From positions 843,172 through 907,171 of the forward strand of contig JAWQFM010000018.1 in NCBI GenBank assembly GCA_033442325.1: 64,000 nucleotides of DNA, in the 5' to 3' direction. Both the position numbers and the translations under genes were made by a program. Each line of letters starts with the position of its first letter. The first letter of the stretch is position 1. This DNA comes from Salpingoeca rosetta (lineage: Eukaryota > Protista > Choanoflagellata). This document shows positions 49,850 to 62,170 of the stretch, one piece after another. The notes under the pieces are model-generated. The model saw only the letters and a list, made by a program, of their open reading frames with translations. It did no database searches and was not told the origin of the DNA.

Positions 49850-51634
49850 TCACATCTTGGAGGGCATGCCAAAGCGCTGGAGAAAGTCCTTGTGGAAGGA
49901 GGTGAAGAGGTCGATGACACGCGGCATCTGCTCCTCGGCGGGGAGGATGGTGGTGCGGAAGTGGAAGGTGCCCTCCTCCTGGCCAAAGCCAGACCCGGGC
50001 ACAGCGCAGATGCCCGTGGCATGCAGCAGCTCCAGGCAGTAGAAGAGGTCTGGGCCCATGTCCTTCTTCTCGGCCTCCTTCACCGCAGCCTCTGGCAGGC
50101 GCACACGCGGGAACGCATACAACGCGCCCTGCAAGAGAAGCACAGGGCGACCAGTTGAAAAATAAATGTGTGGGGAGGGGAGGGCAAGGGAGGAAGAAGG
50201 GAACAGAGTTGATGTGTATTGCAGAGTCACGATGAAGAGCACAGACGCAGCAGCTCTCGAGCACACAGCACAAAAGTGCACATACACGCACACACACACA
50301 CACAAGCATGCGTGCACATACCCCATGCACACACGCACAAATACAGACACACACACACACAAATACACTCATACACACATGCACGCATACACACACAACA
50401 CACAGAAATACACAACACATACACACAGAAATACATAACACATACATACACACACATATACACACACCTCGACGTTCTGGCAGGAGACGCCGGGGAGGGC
50501 GTTGAAGGCGTTGGAGATCATCTCGGCGCGGCGCTTGAGGGACTGGAAGATGGCATCGCACTCCTGCTCGTACTGCTCGTACGAGGCGTCGCCGGGCTTG
50601 GGCGGGTTGCACATGAGGCCCATCATGAGCTGGCCGTCAACGTTGGACGACAGGCCGATGGAGAACACCTTGTACAGCTGGTCCAACGCGCCCGGGTGGA
50701 TGTTGGTGGCCTCCAGGTACCCGCCGCGGCGGCCGCACTCGCCAAACACGCCCTTGGACACGGTGTGGAAGGAAATGAGCTCGACATTCTTGCCCTCGTC
50801 GCCCATCTCCGTCACCACCTTCTTGAAGGAGATGAAGGGGCGGGAGCCGTAGACGTTGGTCTGGTACACCTCGTCCGCAAGGAGCACGACGCGGTTGACG
50901 GCGGCCCAGCGGGCAATCTCCTCCATGTTCTCGCGAGAGAGCACCTGGCCGGTCGGGTTGCCCGGGTTGATGACGACGAGCGCGCGCACGGTGAGGCCGC
51001 GCTCCTTGGCGTCGGCGACCACCTCGTTGAGGTTGTCGATGGACAGGGACCAGCCCTGCTCCTCCTGCAGGCCGTAGCCGAGGATGACGCCGCCAAGCAG
51101 GGCAACGGAGGCAGAGTACAGCGGGTATTGCGGGGTGGGCAGGAGGATGCCATCCTTCTGGTCGCGGATGAGCATGTTCAGGCAGCGCTGGATGGCGGGG
51201 GAGGCGCCGTCGCTGAGGAAGATGTGTTCTGGGTTGGCCGGGTGCCCGTCACGGCGGGCGATGAAGTCGGCCACCTCCTGGCGCACGTACATGTTGCCGC
51301 GCGAGTCCTGGTATGCGCCGGAGCCACCGGGGAGGTTGTCCAGGTACTTCTTTGCACGCGCGATGGCGTCCTCGGGGAACAGCTTGCCCACGTCGGGGTG
51401 CTCCAGCAGCTGCGGGCATGTGACCAGGGAGATGACCTGGCGCGGGAAGGTGATGGGCTTCTGGCCAAGGGACTGCGGGTTGCCGATGTTGGTGAAGATG
51501 ACTTCCTTGCCGCTCGCCTTGCGCTTCTGCGCCTCAATGTAGATGGTGCCGCGCACGGCATAGTGGGAGGCGATCACAAACTGGTTGATGCGGCCTTCAG
51601 GGTGCAGCACGGCGTCGGGGCGGGGATCCGTCAT
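49850..51634 (-). CDS. Alanine aminotransferase-family enzyme resembling glutamate:glyoxylate aminotransferase, ending in PTS1 (-SKM); exons 51634-50468 and 50128-49850
   Basis: YAVRG, IFTNIGNPQSLGQKPITFPRQV, PQYPLYSA, VINPGNPTG, ADEVYQ, PLP-lysine motif SFHTVSKG, GECGRRGG, VPGSGFGQEEGTFHFRTTILP; terminates GMPSKM-TGA. Confidence 0.95.
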
Positions 51635-51997
51635 CTTTGCTGTTTGTTGTGGTCGCAGAAAAGGAGGAGGAGGAGGAGGAGGAGGGGAAGTGTAAGAGGG
51701 GAGTGTAAGGCGGGTGTAAGGGGGGAGGGAGCACTTGATAGACTGTGAGAGAGTGTGTGTGTGAGAGCGTGGGGTGGTTGATGTGAGCGTGGGTGGAGTG
51801 GATGGAGATCACACACGAGCACAAGAGAGAAGTGAGAGAGGAAGGAAGTGAAAGTTGGCTGCTGATGCGCTTGTGGCTGGACGAAGAAAGGCGGATGTTG
51901 CGGCAAGTTGGTGGGGTGGTACGATGATTTGCGAAAGATGCGCGCCACAATTCGACATGGGCTTGGTTGATAAATGGCGACGTTCGCCTTGAAAGTT

Positions 51998-52289
51998 GCT
52001 GGGTGATTGTCGACCACCTGTAGCCCGAGACGTTAAAGGGTGCAAATCTGCGGTGTGGTGTGCGGGTTGGAATCCTGCATGCAGGAATGGGGTGTTGATC
52101 TGGGTGTCCGACTGAGGCGACTCTCACCACGGACGTCACCACGGAGGTGGAGGCGCCCGGGGCGATAATGAGGCCCGCACCGGCGTAGGCTGGCAACAGA
52201 GCACGCAAAAGGGCCCGGGGCTGCCAGCAGTGGGATAGCACTCGTGAGCTTCAGCCTGCTTGTAGCCTTCCCAATACCATCGCGCTTTC
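51998..52289 (+). ncRNA. Signal recognition particle RNA (7SL) with Alu and S domains
   Basis: Alu hairpins GGTG..CACC-TGTA-GCCC..GGGT; conserved GATC.GGGTGTCCG; helix 6 CCAC-GGAG-GTGG (loop 52143-52146); helix 8 GCGT-AGG-CTG-GCAA-CAG-AGC-ACGC (loop 52193-52196); CAGTGGGAT. About 292 nt, followed by T12. Confidence 0.93.
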
Positions 52290-52301
52290 TTTTTTTTTTT
52301 T
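52290..52301 (+). terminator. Pol III oligo-T terminator of SRP RNA
   Basis: T12 directly after the predicted RNA 3' end. Confidence 0.85.
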
Positions 52302-52314
52302 GTCGTTATCTGCA

Positions 52315-52390
<76 letters not shown>

Positions 52391-52490
52391 NNNNNNNNNN
52401 NNNNNNNNNNNNNNNNNNNNNNNNNNNNNNNNNNNNNNNNNNNNNNNNNNNNNNNNNNNNNNNNNNNNNNNNNNNNNNNNNNNNNNNNNN
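52391..52490. other. Assembly gap (100 N) within (TG)n
   Basis: N run. Confidence 0.99.
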
Positions 52491-52567
<77 letters not shown>

Positions 52568-52784
52568 ATCTGTGAATGATGATGACTGTTTCTGTTCTTG
52601 TGTTTGGTCTCGTTTCTTGTCATTTCCTTCGAGTTGTGTACTATCTCTCTCGTTGGCCCCTCAATTCTCTGTCTCCAACGCACACAATACGCACACACAC
52701 ACGCAACACACACACACACACACGTGCACACCATGCACACAACACGCATACACGCAACACACACACACACCACATAATCCTGCG

Positions 52785-53079
52785 TCACTTCTGGGAGCCG
52801 CTGAGAACAATGTGCGCCTTGCCCGTCTGCTCCTGGTGCTTGCGCAGGCCAACCACAGAGCCCAGCGGCGTGTCCTCGGAGCTCATCTTCAGCAAGGCCT
52901 CCTCCTGCTGGCGCTTGCGGAGCTTCTTCTCCGTCTTCATGCGCCCAGAGGTCTTGCCGTGGAACTGGTGCGACATGTACGTAAACGCCTCCTTCGGCGT
53001 CAGCTCCCGGCCCGTGTTGTCCGTGTACGACAAGCGGAAGCTCGGCTGGTACCCGCGCTTCTCAAACGGATCCCTGCAG

Positions 53080-53172
<93 letters not shown>

Positions 53173-54949
53173 GGGACGGGTGTGAGTGTGTGCGTGTGTG
53201 TTTGATTGAGTTCGGAGAGAAGGTGAAGAGGAGTGGAGTATCTCAATTCGTCGTGGTGGTGGTGTTGGTGGTGGTGTTATGAGTTGAAGGAAGAAGGCCA
53301 TAGCGAAGATACAACGCAGCACAAACACAATTAAAAAAAAAAAAAAGAAGCGCACGCAGCACAGACACAGACACAACAAACAGCATCAAGACAAGCACCA
53401 ACACCGACACCTCCAACACCACAAAAGCGCCCAACTGACCCCCTGTCTCTGTCGCGTCGGCTGTCACGGCGCCAGTCGCGGGAGCTGCGCGAATCACGAC
53501 CGTGGTCGTCGTCCTCGGGTCCGTGCTCCTCCTGCTGTGCGTTCTTGCTCGTCAGCTCGGCCAGGCGGGACGCCGTCGCTTCCTCTTGCTGCTGTTGCTG
53601 CTTCTTCTTCTTCTGTGCAAGGTAGCCCTTGCGCAGGGCAAGGTTCAGGGCTGCCGTCACGCTCGAGCCCACGTTGCCTTCCTCGCCAAGCACAGGCGTG
53701 TCATCCACCTCCGTCTTGCGCTCCGCGTGCTCAGCATCTGTCGTGGCCTGGTCGGTCGTGAAACTGCTCTGGAAGTAGCGTCCCGTGCCATCGCCATCAC
53801 CACCCTCTTCAGCCTTGTCCTCGCCAGTCTCCATAGCTGCTGCTGCTGCTGATGATGCTGATGATGACGACGATGCTGGCGCTGCCGGTACGGGCGGAGC
53901 GCTCGTCTCTGTCGCTCCTGCTGTTGCTGTTGCTGTTGCTGACGATGAAGAGCCCTGCTTGTTTCGCTTGCGGGGCTGGTCGTCATCTTTGCTGTTGGCG
54001 CCAATGCCGCGCACAAATTCGCTCATCGTCGAGAACACAACACCGCCGCCAGCACTCGACCCTGCTCCAAAACACGCGACGGTGGCAGATGGGTGGTGTG
54101 AGACAGGGGAGCAGTGTTTGGACTTGAGGAGGGGAGATGGAAGCGGAATGGGTTGCATCAGAAGCATGAAAGAAGCAGCCCTGCACACATGCACAGACAA
54201 CCATACAGACACATGTGCACACGCAAAGAATCATATACAACTACACATGCACATACACATGTGCACACGCACCGTTGTTGTTCTCCTTGGACTTTTTCAC
54301 CGCAGCATCAAGCAGCTCCGTGACTGCGCAGTGACACCAATATGTGCACATGATGAATGTGGAAATTAGGGAAAAGGGTAAGGGAGCGTGATGCATGGGA
54401 ACGAAAATCACGCAACCGTCAAGTTGTGATGAGCAGCGAGACAAACGCAGAGAGAGTGAGAGATAGAGAGATAGATAGAGTGAGTGAGTGAGTGAGTGAG
54501 TGAGTGAGTGAGTGAGTGAGTGAGTGAGTGAGTGAGTGAGTGAGTGAGTGAGTGAGTGAGTGAGTGAGTGAGTGAGTGAGTGAGACAGAGAGACAGAGAG
54601 AGCCGTGACGGTCAAGCTGTGCGTGTGCGCGTGCGTGTTCACAAACATGAGAGTAACGCACCGTCTTTCTTCTTGTATGCGTTCTTGCGTGCGCGGCGTG
54701 CGCGTGTGAGCGACGCCTGCAGTTCGGCCTCAAGCTCCCGCTCTGCCGCTTCCAGCTCCGCATCTGTCCATATGGCGTAAAAGGGGAGAGGGGTGAAATC
54801 AATGGTTAGCACGAGCAAGGTTTAAGGGTTAGCACGAGCAAGGTTTAAGGAAGAGGAAGAGAGAGACAGGGAGGGAGGGAGAGAGGGAAGGGGGCTTTCA
54901 CGAACACGCACGCACGCACACACACAAGCACACACACACACACATACAC

Positions 54950-55031
<82 letters not shown>

Positions 55032-56426
55032 ACACACACACACGCACGCACGCACGCACCGTTTGCTTGGTTGAGAATATCCTCCTCATCGCGAACAGCG
55101 TGCGACACATCGGCGCCCGTCTGATGAACAGTGATGACACACAGATTTGGGTATGGCGAGGGTGTGAGGGGTAGACATCGAGTGGTTTCAGAGACCAGTC
55201 CGATCACCAAACATGCACACACGCACACATGCACACATGCACACATGCACACATGCACACACACATGCACAAACCTCCATTGTGTCGCCTTCTGCCTCTG
55301 GTTGACTGAAGATTGGATGAGCAGTCACGCACAAACGCAGAGCAGCGTGAGACGAGATGGAGCCGGAAGCCACAAGGCACGGATACACACACGCGCACGC
55401 ACGCGCACAAGGACATGTACGTGGCTCACGTCTGCTCTTCCTCGTCGTCAAGGCCAAGCAGGTCGTCCGCACGCACGCGCTGGCGGCGGTGGTGGGTGAT
55501 AGGTGGTGGTGGTGGCGGTGGGAACGGCAGGAAACCCAGGCGAGAAGGCGAGCGTAAGTTGCACAAGAGGCAACAATGTATGTGTGTGTGTGCATGTGTG
55601 CATGCGTGTGTGTGTATATGTGTATGTGTGTGCATGTGTGCATGTGTGTGCACACGACGCAAGTACAGCGAGGCAAGTACAGCGTGGTGAGCACGGCGCC
55701 TACCCGTGTCTTCTTGCGGCCCTTTGCCTTCCTCTTCTTCCGCTTCTTCTTGAACTTCTCCATCTCCTCCTCCGTGTAGAAATCGCTCACAGCCTAAACC
55801 CAATGGAAAATGACAGGGTTGCAGTGTGGGTGTATGAGTGGTGTGTGTATGAGTGATGTGTGCATGATATGTGCGTGCGCGTGCGTGTGTGCGCATGTAA
55901 GTGTGTGCGTGCGTGTTACGTGTGCACATGTGTGATGTGTGGACATGCGTGTGCCATGTGCATCGGAGGTGTCGTACGTTGTGCTTAAACTCGAGGGATT
56001 CAGCCTGCAGGAGCCGCTGGCGCACTTCCTCCTTGCGCTGCTCCTCACTGCTCTTCTCATCCTGAGATGTGGTGGTGGTGATGATGGCGGGTAAGGTAAG
56101 GGGTAACCACTCTCATTTACAAACACACACACACCATACTGAGCGAGGCAATTGCACGAACCTCAAAGCCGATTCTGAAGGTTTTTGTTTCCTTGAGCTT
56201 CTTGTCGCCCGTGAGCGAATCAATGTCGTCGTATTTGTCCAGAACACTCTTCTTTTTCTGCACACACACACACACATACACACATACACACATACACACA
56301 CGCACGCACATGTCAAAGGTTGGGGTGGTGGAGGAGGAAGCGCAGTGAGCGGTGAGAAAGAGGGCAAGTTGAACGGACGTGAGTCGAGTTGCATTGTCTA
56401 GAAGAGTGCAGATAGAAACACCCACC

Positions 56427-56474
<48 letters not shown>

Positions 56475-58130
56475 TACACACACGCACACACGCACACACA
56501 CACACACACTCGCTCTCTCTCTCTCTCATTCCCCTATTCATTCCCCTCCCTCCGCCCGCACTCTCCAAGACCATGGGTGCCCCACCAGGCCGAGCAGGGT
56601 GTCTTCGTCGTCGTCGTCCAGCCCGCGCTTTGGATCGTAACCGCCACTGCGCTGCGCCTCCGCAACCCGCCGCTTCGCCTGGACAGACAGGTGGTGGTGG
56701 TCGTGGTGGTGGCGGCAGTGGTCGTGGTGTTGATATGTGGTGTCGTGTGTTAGTCGTGTTGTCGTTGATACGTGGTGAGTGAGTGAGTGAGTGAGTGAGT
56801 GAGTGAATGAGTGAGCGAGTGAGTGAGTGAGTGAGTGAGTGAGTGAGTGAGTGAGTGAGTGAGTGAGTGAGTAGGTAAGTGAGTGAGTGGGAGAGAACGG
56901 AAGGAAGGGAAGCTGTACGTGCTGTGAATGGGCAGCAGCAGCAGGAGTTATAGTGCCATGACGCAGGTGATCTCGACAACAGGGGCGCAACGCGGATAAA
57001 GTGGCTCACGTGCTCATCCTCGGCAATGTTGACGTTGACAAGAACATCTTCCTCGTCGTCATCCAGCACACCTGCACACACGCACACACGCACGCGCGCG
57101 CACATAGCATGGAGAACACGCATGGTGAACACATGACGAGCACCGCGTCCATACGAGAGGGCGAGAAGTGGATCGATACATACCCACACATGCGCATATG
57201 TACACATACACACATGCACACATATCACACATCTTCATACAAAGCACACATGTGCATACGCATTGAGACATGTGCGCACCCCTGTCTTCGAGGGTGAGGA
57301 TGGTCTGTGCGCCCTCCTGGAACTGGTCCAAGTCGTGGCGCACTGTCATGCCGCGTAGATCCGTCGACGTGTACTGATTGGTTCACGCACGACCCACAGT
57401 CACGCAGTGCAGAAGGAAGGGGTGGAGGAGCAGCAGGTGAGTTGGCATGGCACCAGCACCAACGTTGACTTCAAAGACAACGTTGGCTGTACAAACACAC
57501 ACGCACGCACACACGCACACACGCACGCACACATATGCGCACACACACACGCACACATTCACACACATACATACACACCTCCTCTTGTTTGATGGTTGGG
57601 TTCTTGCTGCCCTTGCGCTTCCTGCTGCTGCCGCCGGCGCTGGCGCTGGCGCTTGAGCTTCCAGTGAGCTGCTCATCCATATCCTGGAGCATCTTTGCCT
57701 GCCGCTGCGCCTGTTTCTTGGCACGGCTGCGTTTCACCCACGCCGCCGCGCTGTCATCGTCGTCGTCGGCCTCGCCCAGCGTCTTGACAGATCGCAGCTT
57801 GGCCTCCACCGACCGCTTCTCCTTGCGCTCCTTCAGCTTGTCGCGCAACTGCAGTGGTGACAGCGTGAGCACAGTGAGCTTTGGTCGGCACGCGGGCTGA
57901 GACGCGATGCAGCCACAACAAACAGCACAGCGAGACGAACGTGTCTCGGACACGAACAGTGACGCATGCATGACAAACAAACCTCGGCCTCGCGCTGCTT
58001 CTCTCCAGGTACAACTGGCGCTAGGAGCACGTCCGTCTCCATGGAGCTCTGCCCTGGCTTTGCCTCTCTTGGCTCTGTTATGAAGACAACCAGCAATTGT
58101 CATTGTGTGAGTCAAGTCACGCCACCCATG

Positions 58131-58228
<98 letters not shown>

Positions 58229-58545
58229 GCGAAGCGAGGTACAACTGTGCGATGGACGTACCATCATCGCCACGCAGTGGAGCGAGACCGAGCTTGGCAC
58301 GAAGAGCATTGCTCTCCTCCACATTGAGGGAAATCTCCTCAGCCGCTGCAAGGGGGTGATTGTGAGTGAGACAGCAGTTGGTGAGCAGCAAACATATACA
58401 ATGGCGTACACGTGTCGCGTGTGCTTTGTGCTCGTCGCACACCGCCTGTCTTTCCGTGCACAACCCACACCCACAATCACAACCACATCTACCCATCCAC
58501 CATCCATCTAACCCATCCACCCACCACCATCCACTCACATGACAT
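52785..58545 (-). CDS. SART1: U4/U6.U5 tri-snRNP protein SART1/Snu66, multi-exon
   Basis: 7-nt first exon ATGTCAT, then HIND motif [22 protein letters not shown]; [26 protein letters not shown]; [14 protein letters not shown]; [35 protein letters not shown]...MSSEDTPL. Confidence 0.96.
54477..54584 (+). repeat. (GAGT)n tetranucleotide microsatellite in a SART1 intron (a similar tract lies at ~56776-56889)
   Basis: Direct reading. Confidence 0.95.
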
Positions 58546-58653
58546 GATGGCTGGCTGGTTGGTTTGCGCGTCCTCTTCTTCCTGCTCTTCTCTTCTTGCT
58601 GCTCCTTGCTTGTTGCTTGTTTGCTTGTGTTCTTTGTGGGCGTTCGCAAGAAA

Positions 58654-58684
58654 GTCAATTTTGCCTTTGAAAGGGAAACTTGCG
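58654..58684. promoter_or_regulatory. GTCAATTTTGCC (58654-58665), TTTGAA (58666-58671) and variant GGGAAACTTGCG (58673-58684) in the SART1 / PSPH bidirectional promoter
   Basis: Third exact copy of the 12-mer; only 164 bp separate the divergent ATGs. Confidence 0.55.
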
Positions 58685-58709
58685 TTTGCCAACCAGCGAA
58701 GGACTGCCA

Positions 58710-59969
58710 ATGCCCAAGATAAGCGCAGAGGAAGTGAGGGTGGCACTGCGCAGCCACGAGTGCGTGTGCATTGACGTGGACAGCACAGCATGCACGGATG
58801 AAGGCATCGACGTGCTCGCAGAGGCAGCAGGTTGCGGCCAGGAAGTGGCAGACTGGTTCGTCTACGTGTGTGTGTGTGTGTTTGGGGGGATAGAGAGAGG
58901 GTGGGAGAGAGGGTGGAGGGAGAGCGTGGTTTCTTGTGTTATTGTGTGCGTGCGTGGATGTCGTGCGCTTTCTCGTTTCTGAACTGCACAACTCTTCGCT
59001 TTCTGACCCACAGCCCCTCTCACTCACCGCCACACACCCTCTCACTCAATCCACAACACACGTTGTCTCATATACTCACCCACGTGTGTACAGGACGAGA
59101 AAGGCGATGGGTGGGAACGTGACGTTTCAAGAGTCTTTCGCAGCACGCTTGAACATCATCAAGCCCACGACTGACCTGGTTGGTACCAGGAGAACAGCAT
59201 GCACACGTGTTTGCATACGCCATGGACGTGCAGTGCTGGGTCTTTTCTCTTGCGGCGTCGCTCACTCTCTATTTTTTCCTTTCCCACTCACCCTCGTGCA
59301 ACACCACCTGAACTCACGCAGCTCACACTTGTTGTTATCCTTTTGCTTCTCTGCTGTCCTCGCACGCTCGTAGATCAGCAGAGTTGTGGCTCGCGGTCCA
59401 AGTCTGACTCCTGGCGTCAAGTAAGTGTTTCACACTCGTCAGCTTGTTGTCTGACTTTGTTCCGAGCAGACGCCCTCACGCTGCCCTGCATGCTTGTACG
59501 CTCATGCTTTGCAGGGAGTTTGTGGAACAACTGCACGCCCTGGACAAGAAAGTGTACCTCATCTCAGGTTCGTGCTTTGAGCTTCAACTGCTCGGCTGCC
59601 TTTCTTGTCCTCTCCACAAACACACACACACACATGCAAACACACACACACACATGCACACTCACGCACGCACACACACACACACACACGCTCAAACACA
59701 CATGGCAGGCGGTATCCGCGACCTTGTTGCGCCCGTTGCCGATGCGCTGTCCATCCCGCGCGACCGCATCTTTGCAAACGTCCTCCATGTGAGTGCACAC
59801 CTGCTCATGGCTGCTCGTGGCTGCTCGTGGCTGCTCGTGGCTGTTGTGCTGATTGCTATCGTCGCCGCTGCCGTGTTGTCGCCGTCACTGTCTGTATCGT
59901 GTCGTGATGGGCGTCGTTGCTGTTCTTCGTCGTTGCGGTTCATGTCACACCACACCCCAACCCCCTCAT

Positions 59970-60061
<92 letters not shown>

Positions 60062-60410
60062 GTGCGTGTGTGCGTGTGCGTGTGTGCGTGTGTGCGTGTG
60101 CGTGTGTGCGTGTGTGTGTGTTGGCAGTTCAACGACGCTGGTGAGTACACACATTTTGACGAGACACAGCCCACTTCGCGCTCTGGCGGGAAACCAGAGG
60201 CAATTCACGCCATCAAGCAGCGGCCAGGCCACGATAGGTGTGTGCGTGCGTGCGTGCGTGTGTGTGTGTGTGTGCAATCATGCGTCAGGTCTCTCCTTGC
60301 TCTGATCTCATGCGCGTGTGTGTGTGTGTGGTTGCGCTGCAGGGTTGTGATGATTGGCGACGGCGTCACGGACATGGAGGCTCGCCCACCAGCGGTGAGT
60401 GCGATAGTGT

Positions 60411-60453
<43 letters not shown>

Positions 60454-60780
60454 TGTGTCTGTGTGTCTGTGTCTGTGTGCTGCTCAACCGCACCCATGTC
60501 ACTTCCGTACCTTTCTTGATTGTAGGACCTGTTCATTGGATTTGGTGGCAACGTCGTGAGGGAGAAGGCAAGTGGAGGATGGTAGGGGGTGGGCATGGTG
60601 GTGCAACGCAGAAGAGTCGGGGTGTGATACGCCAGGCTCACTCATTCACTTGCGTCACACCTCGCTCACTCTTGATGAGCCATGCTTCGCCTCTGCTTTG
60701 TACGTGTGCAGGTGCAAGCTGGCTGCGATTTCTTCGCAACGGACTTTGACATGCTCACCACCATGCTCAAGGAACAATGA
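58710..60780 (+). CDS. PSPH: Phosphoserine phosphatase (HAD family), multi-exon, last intron GC-AG
   Basis: Motif [64 protein letters not shown]|[14 protein letters not shown]|[12 protein letters not shown]; TGA at 60778-60780. Confidence 0.97.
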
Positions 60781-61461
60781 TGCAAATGCATGCGACGTGA
60801 TGTGATGCGTCATGGATGGATGGATGGATGGATGGACGGTCGCGGAGTCAAGCTGAATTGCATTCAAGTTCGTTCGTTCGTTCGTTCGTTCGTTCATTCA
60901 TTTGTTAGTTTGGGGTCGCGCTTTGGCTGCCACGTAAGCAAACACATTTTCGTTCATGTCAGGCGAGGTGAGAATGTGTGTGTGTGGTCACTCCCTGGTC
61001 TCTTCAGGGTGCATGTGGTTGACTGTTGGTTGGCGCTGTCACCATCACTGCCACTGCTGCTGGGTGCGTTTCTTGATGGGCACAACAAACTTGAACGATG
61101 AAAGTGACTGGTCAACAAACGATAAACCACACACCACAAACACGCAGTCATTTCACAAAGCCATGGCTAACGCACGAGCAACAACGCTAATAACGACAAC
61201 GCCAACAACAACACACCACAGCACAGCAATGGAAATGCACAAATCAAACCACGCCGCTTGACACGGTCGTGTTGTGCTTGTGTGCGCGTGTTGTGTGTGT
61301 TGTGTGTGTTGTGTGTGTATGAGCTGACGCATGCATGCAGAACAAGAGACGCAAACTCGCATCCATTGCCAGCAGGCACGCAAAACACAAACGCACACAC
61401 GCACACACACACACACGAACACATGAACACGCACACGGACACACGCAAGGGCGCGGTGAAT

Positions 61462-61493
<32 letters not shown>

Positions 61494-62170
61494 CAAAAAC
61501 AAGCGAGCAGACACGCGAACAGGTGCTCGTGTAGGGTCATGGCATGTCACGTTGTGGCGAGGGTGACTGCCTGGCTGGGCTGGGTTGTAGTGGTGACATC
61601 ACGTCGAGTGGCAAAAAGAAAAGGATAAGCAAAGAACAGCAGAGGAGGACAACACATTGGGAGGCGAGCAAGCCGAGCGCGACATCAAACACACAATAGG
61701 AACGCACACGTACACACGTATGCACACGAACACGTGTACGCGTACACGTACACACATGCGCACGCATATGCATGAGGGGACGATAGGGCCGCAGCGACAC
61801 CATGACACCACGGCTCGTGAAGAAGAGAACAAGAGGAGGTAACAAATGCAAGCAACAAAGAAACCTCACGAGCACGTGAACGCGCGCACACAAGCGCGCG
61901 CACCAACACCAAAGCCAACACCAAAGTAGAGAAACGATACCAACAGCAACCACACAAAGGCGGAGAGGGGGCGGCTACGAAATGAAAAAAGAGAGAGAGA
62001 GAGAGAGAAACACTTATGAAGGCAGCGTTTGATAAAAACAACTGTGACAATGACAGCCGCGCCTCAACTCTGCATGAGGGAAAGAGGAACAAAGGACTGG
62101 TGGTGGTGATGGTGGTGGTGACAGCGTGGTGGTGGTGATGATGACAGCGTGGTGGTTGTGGTGATGGTGG

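Noticed and set aside
51597-52241. 214-aa minus-strand ORF upstream of the aminotransferase
   Set aside because: It is antisense to the SRP RNA, out of frame with the enzyme, and has no recognisable motif.
60781-62170. 1.4-kb stretch between the PSPH and SH3 gene ends
   Set aside because: Simple repeats and UTR-like sequence of two convergent genes; no supportable feature.
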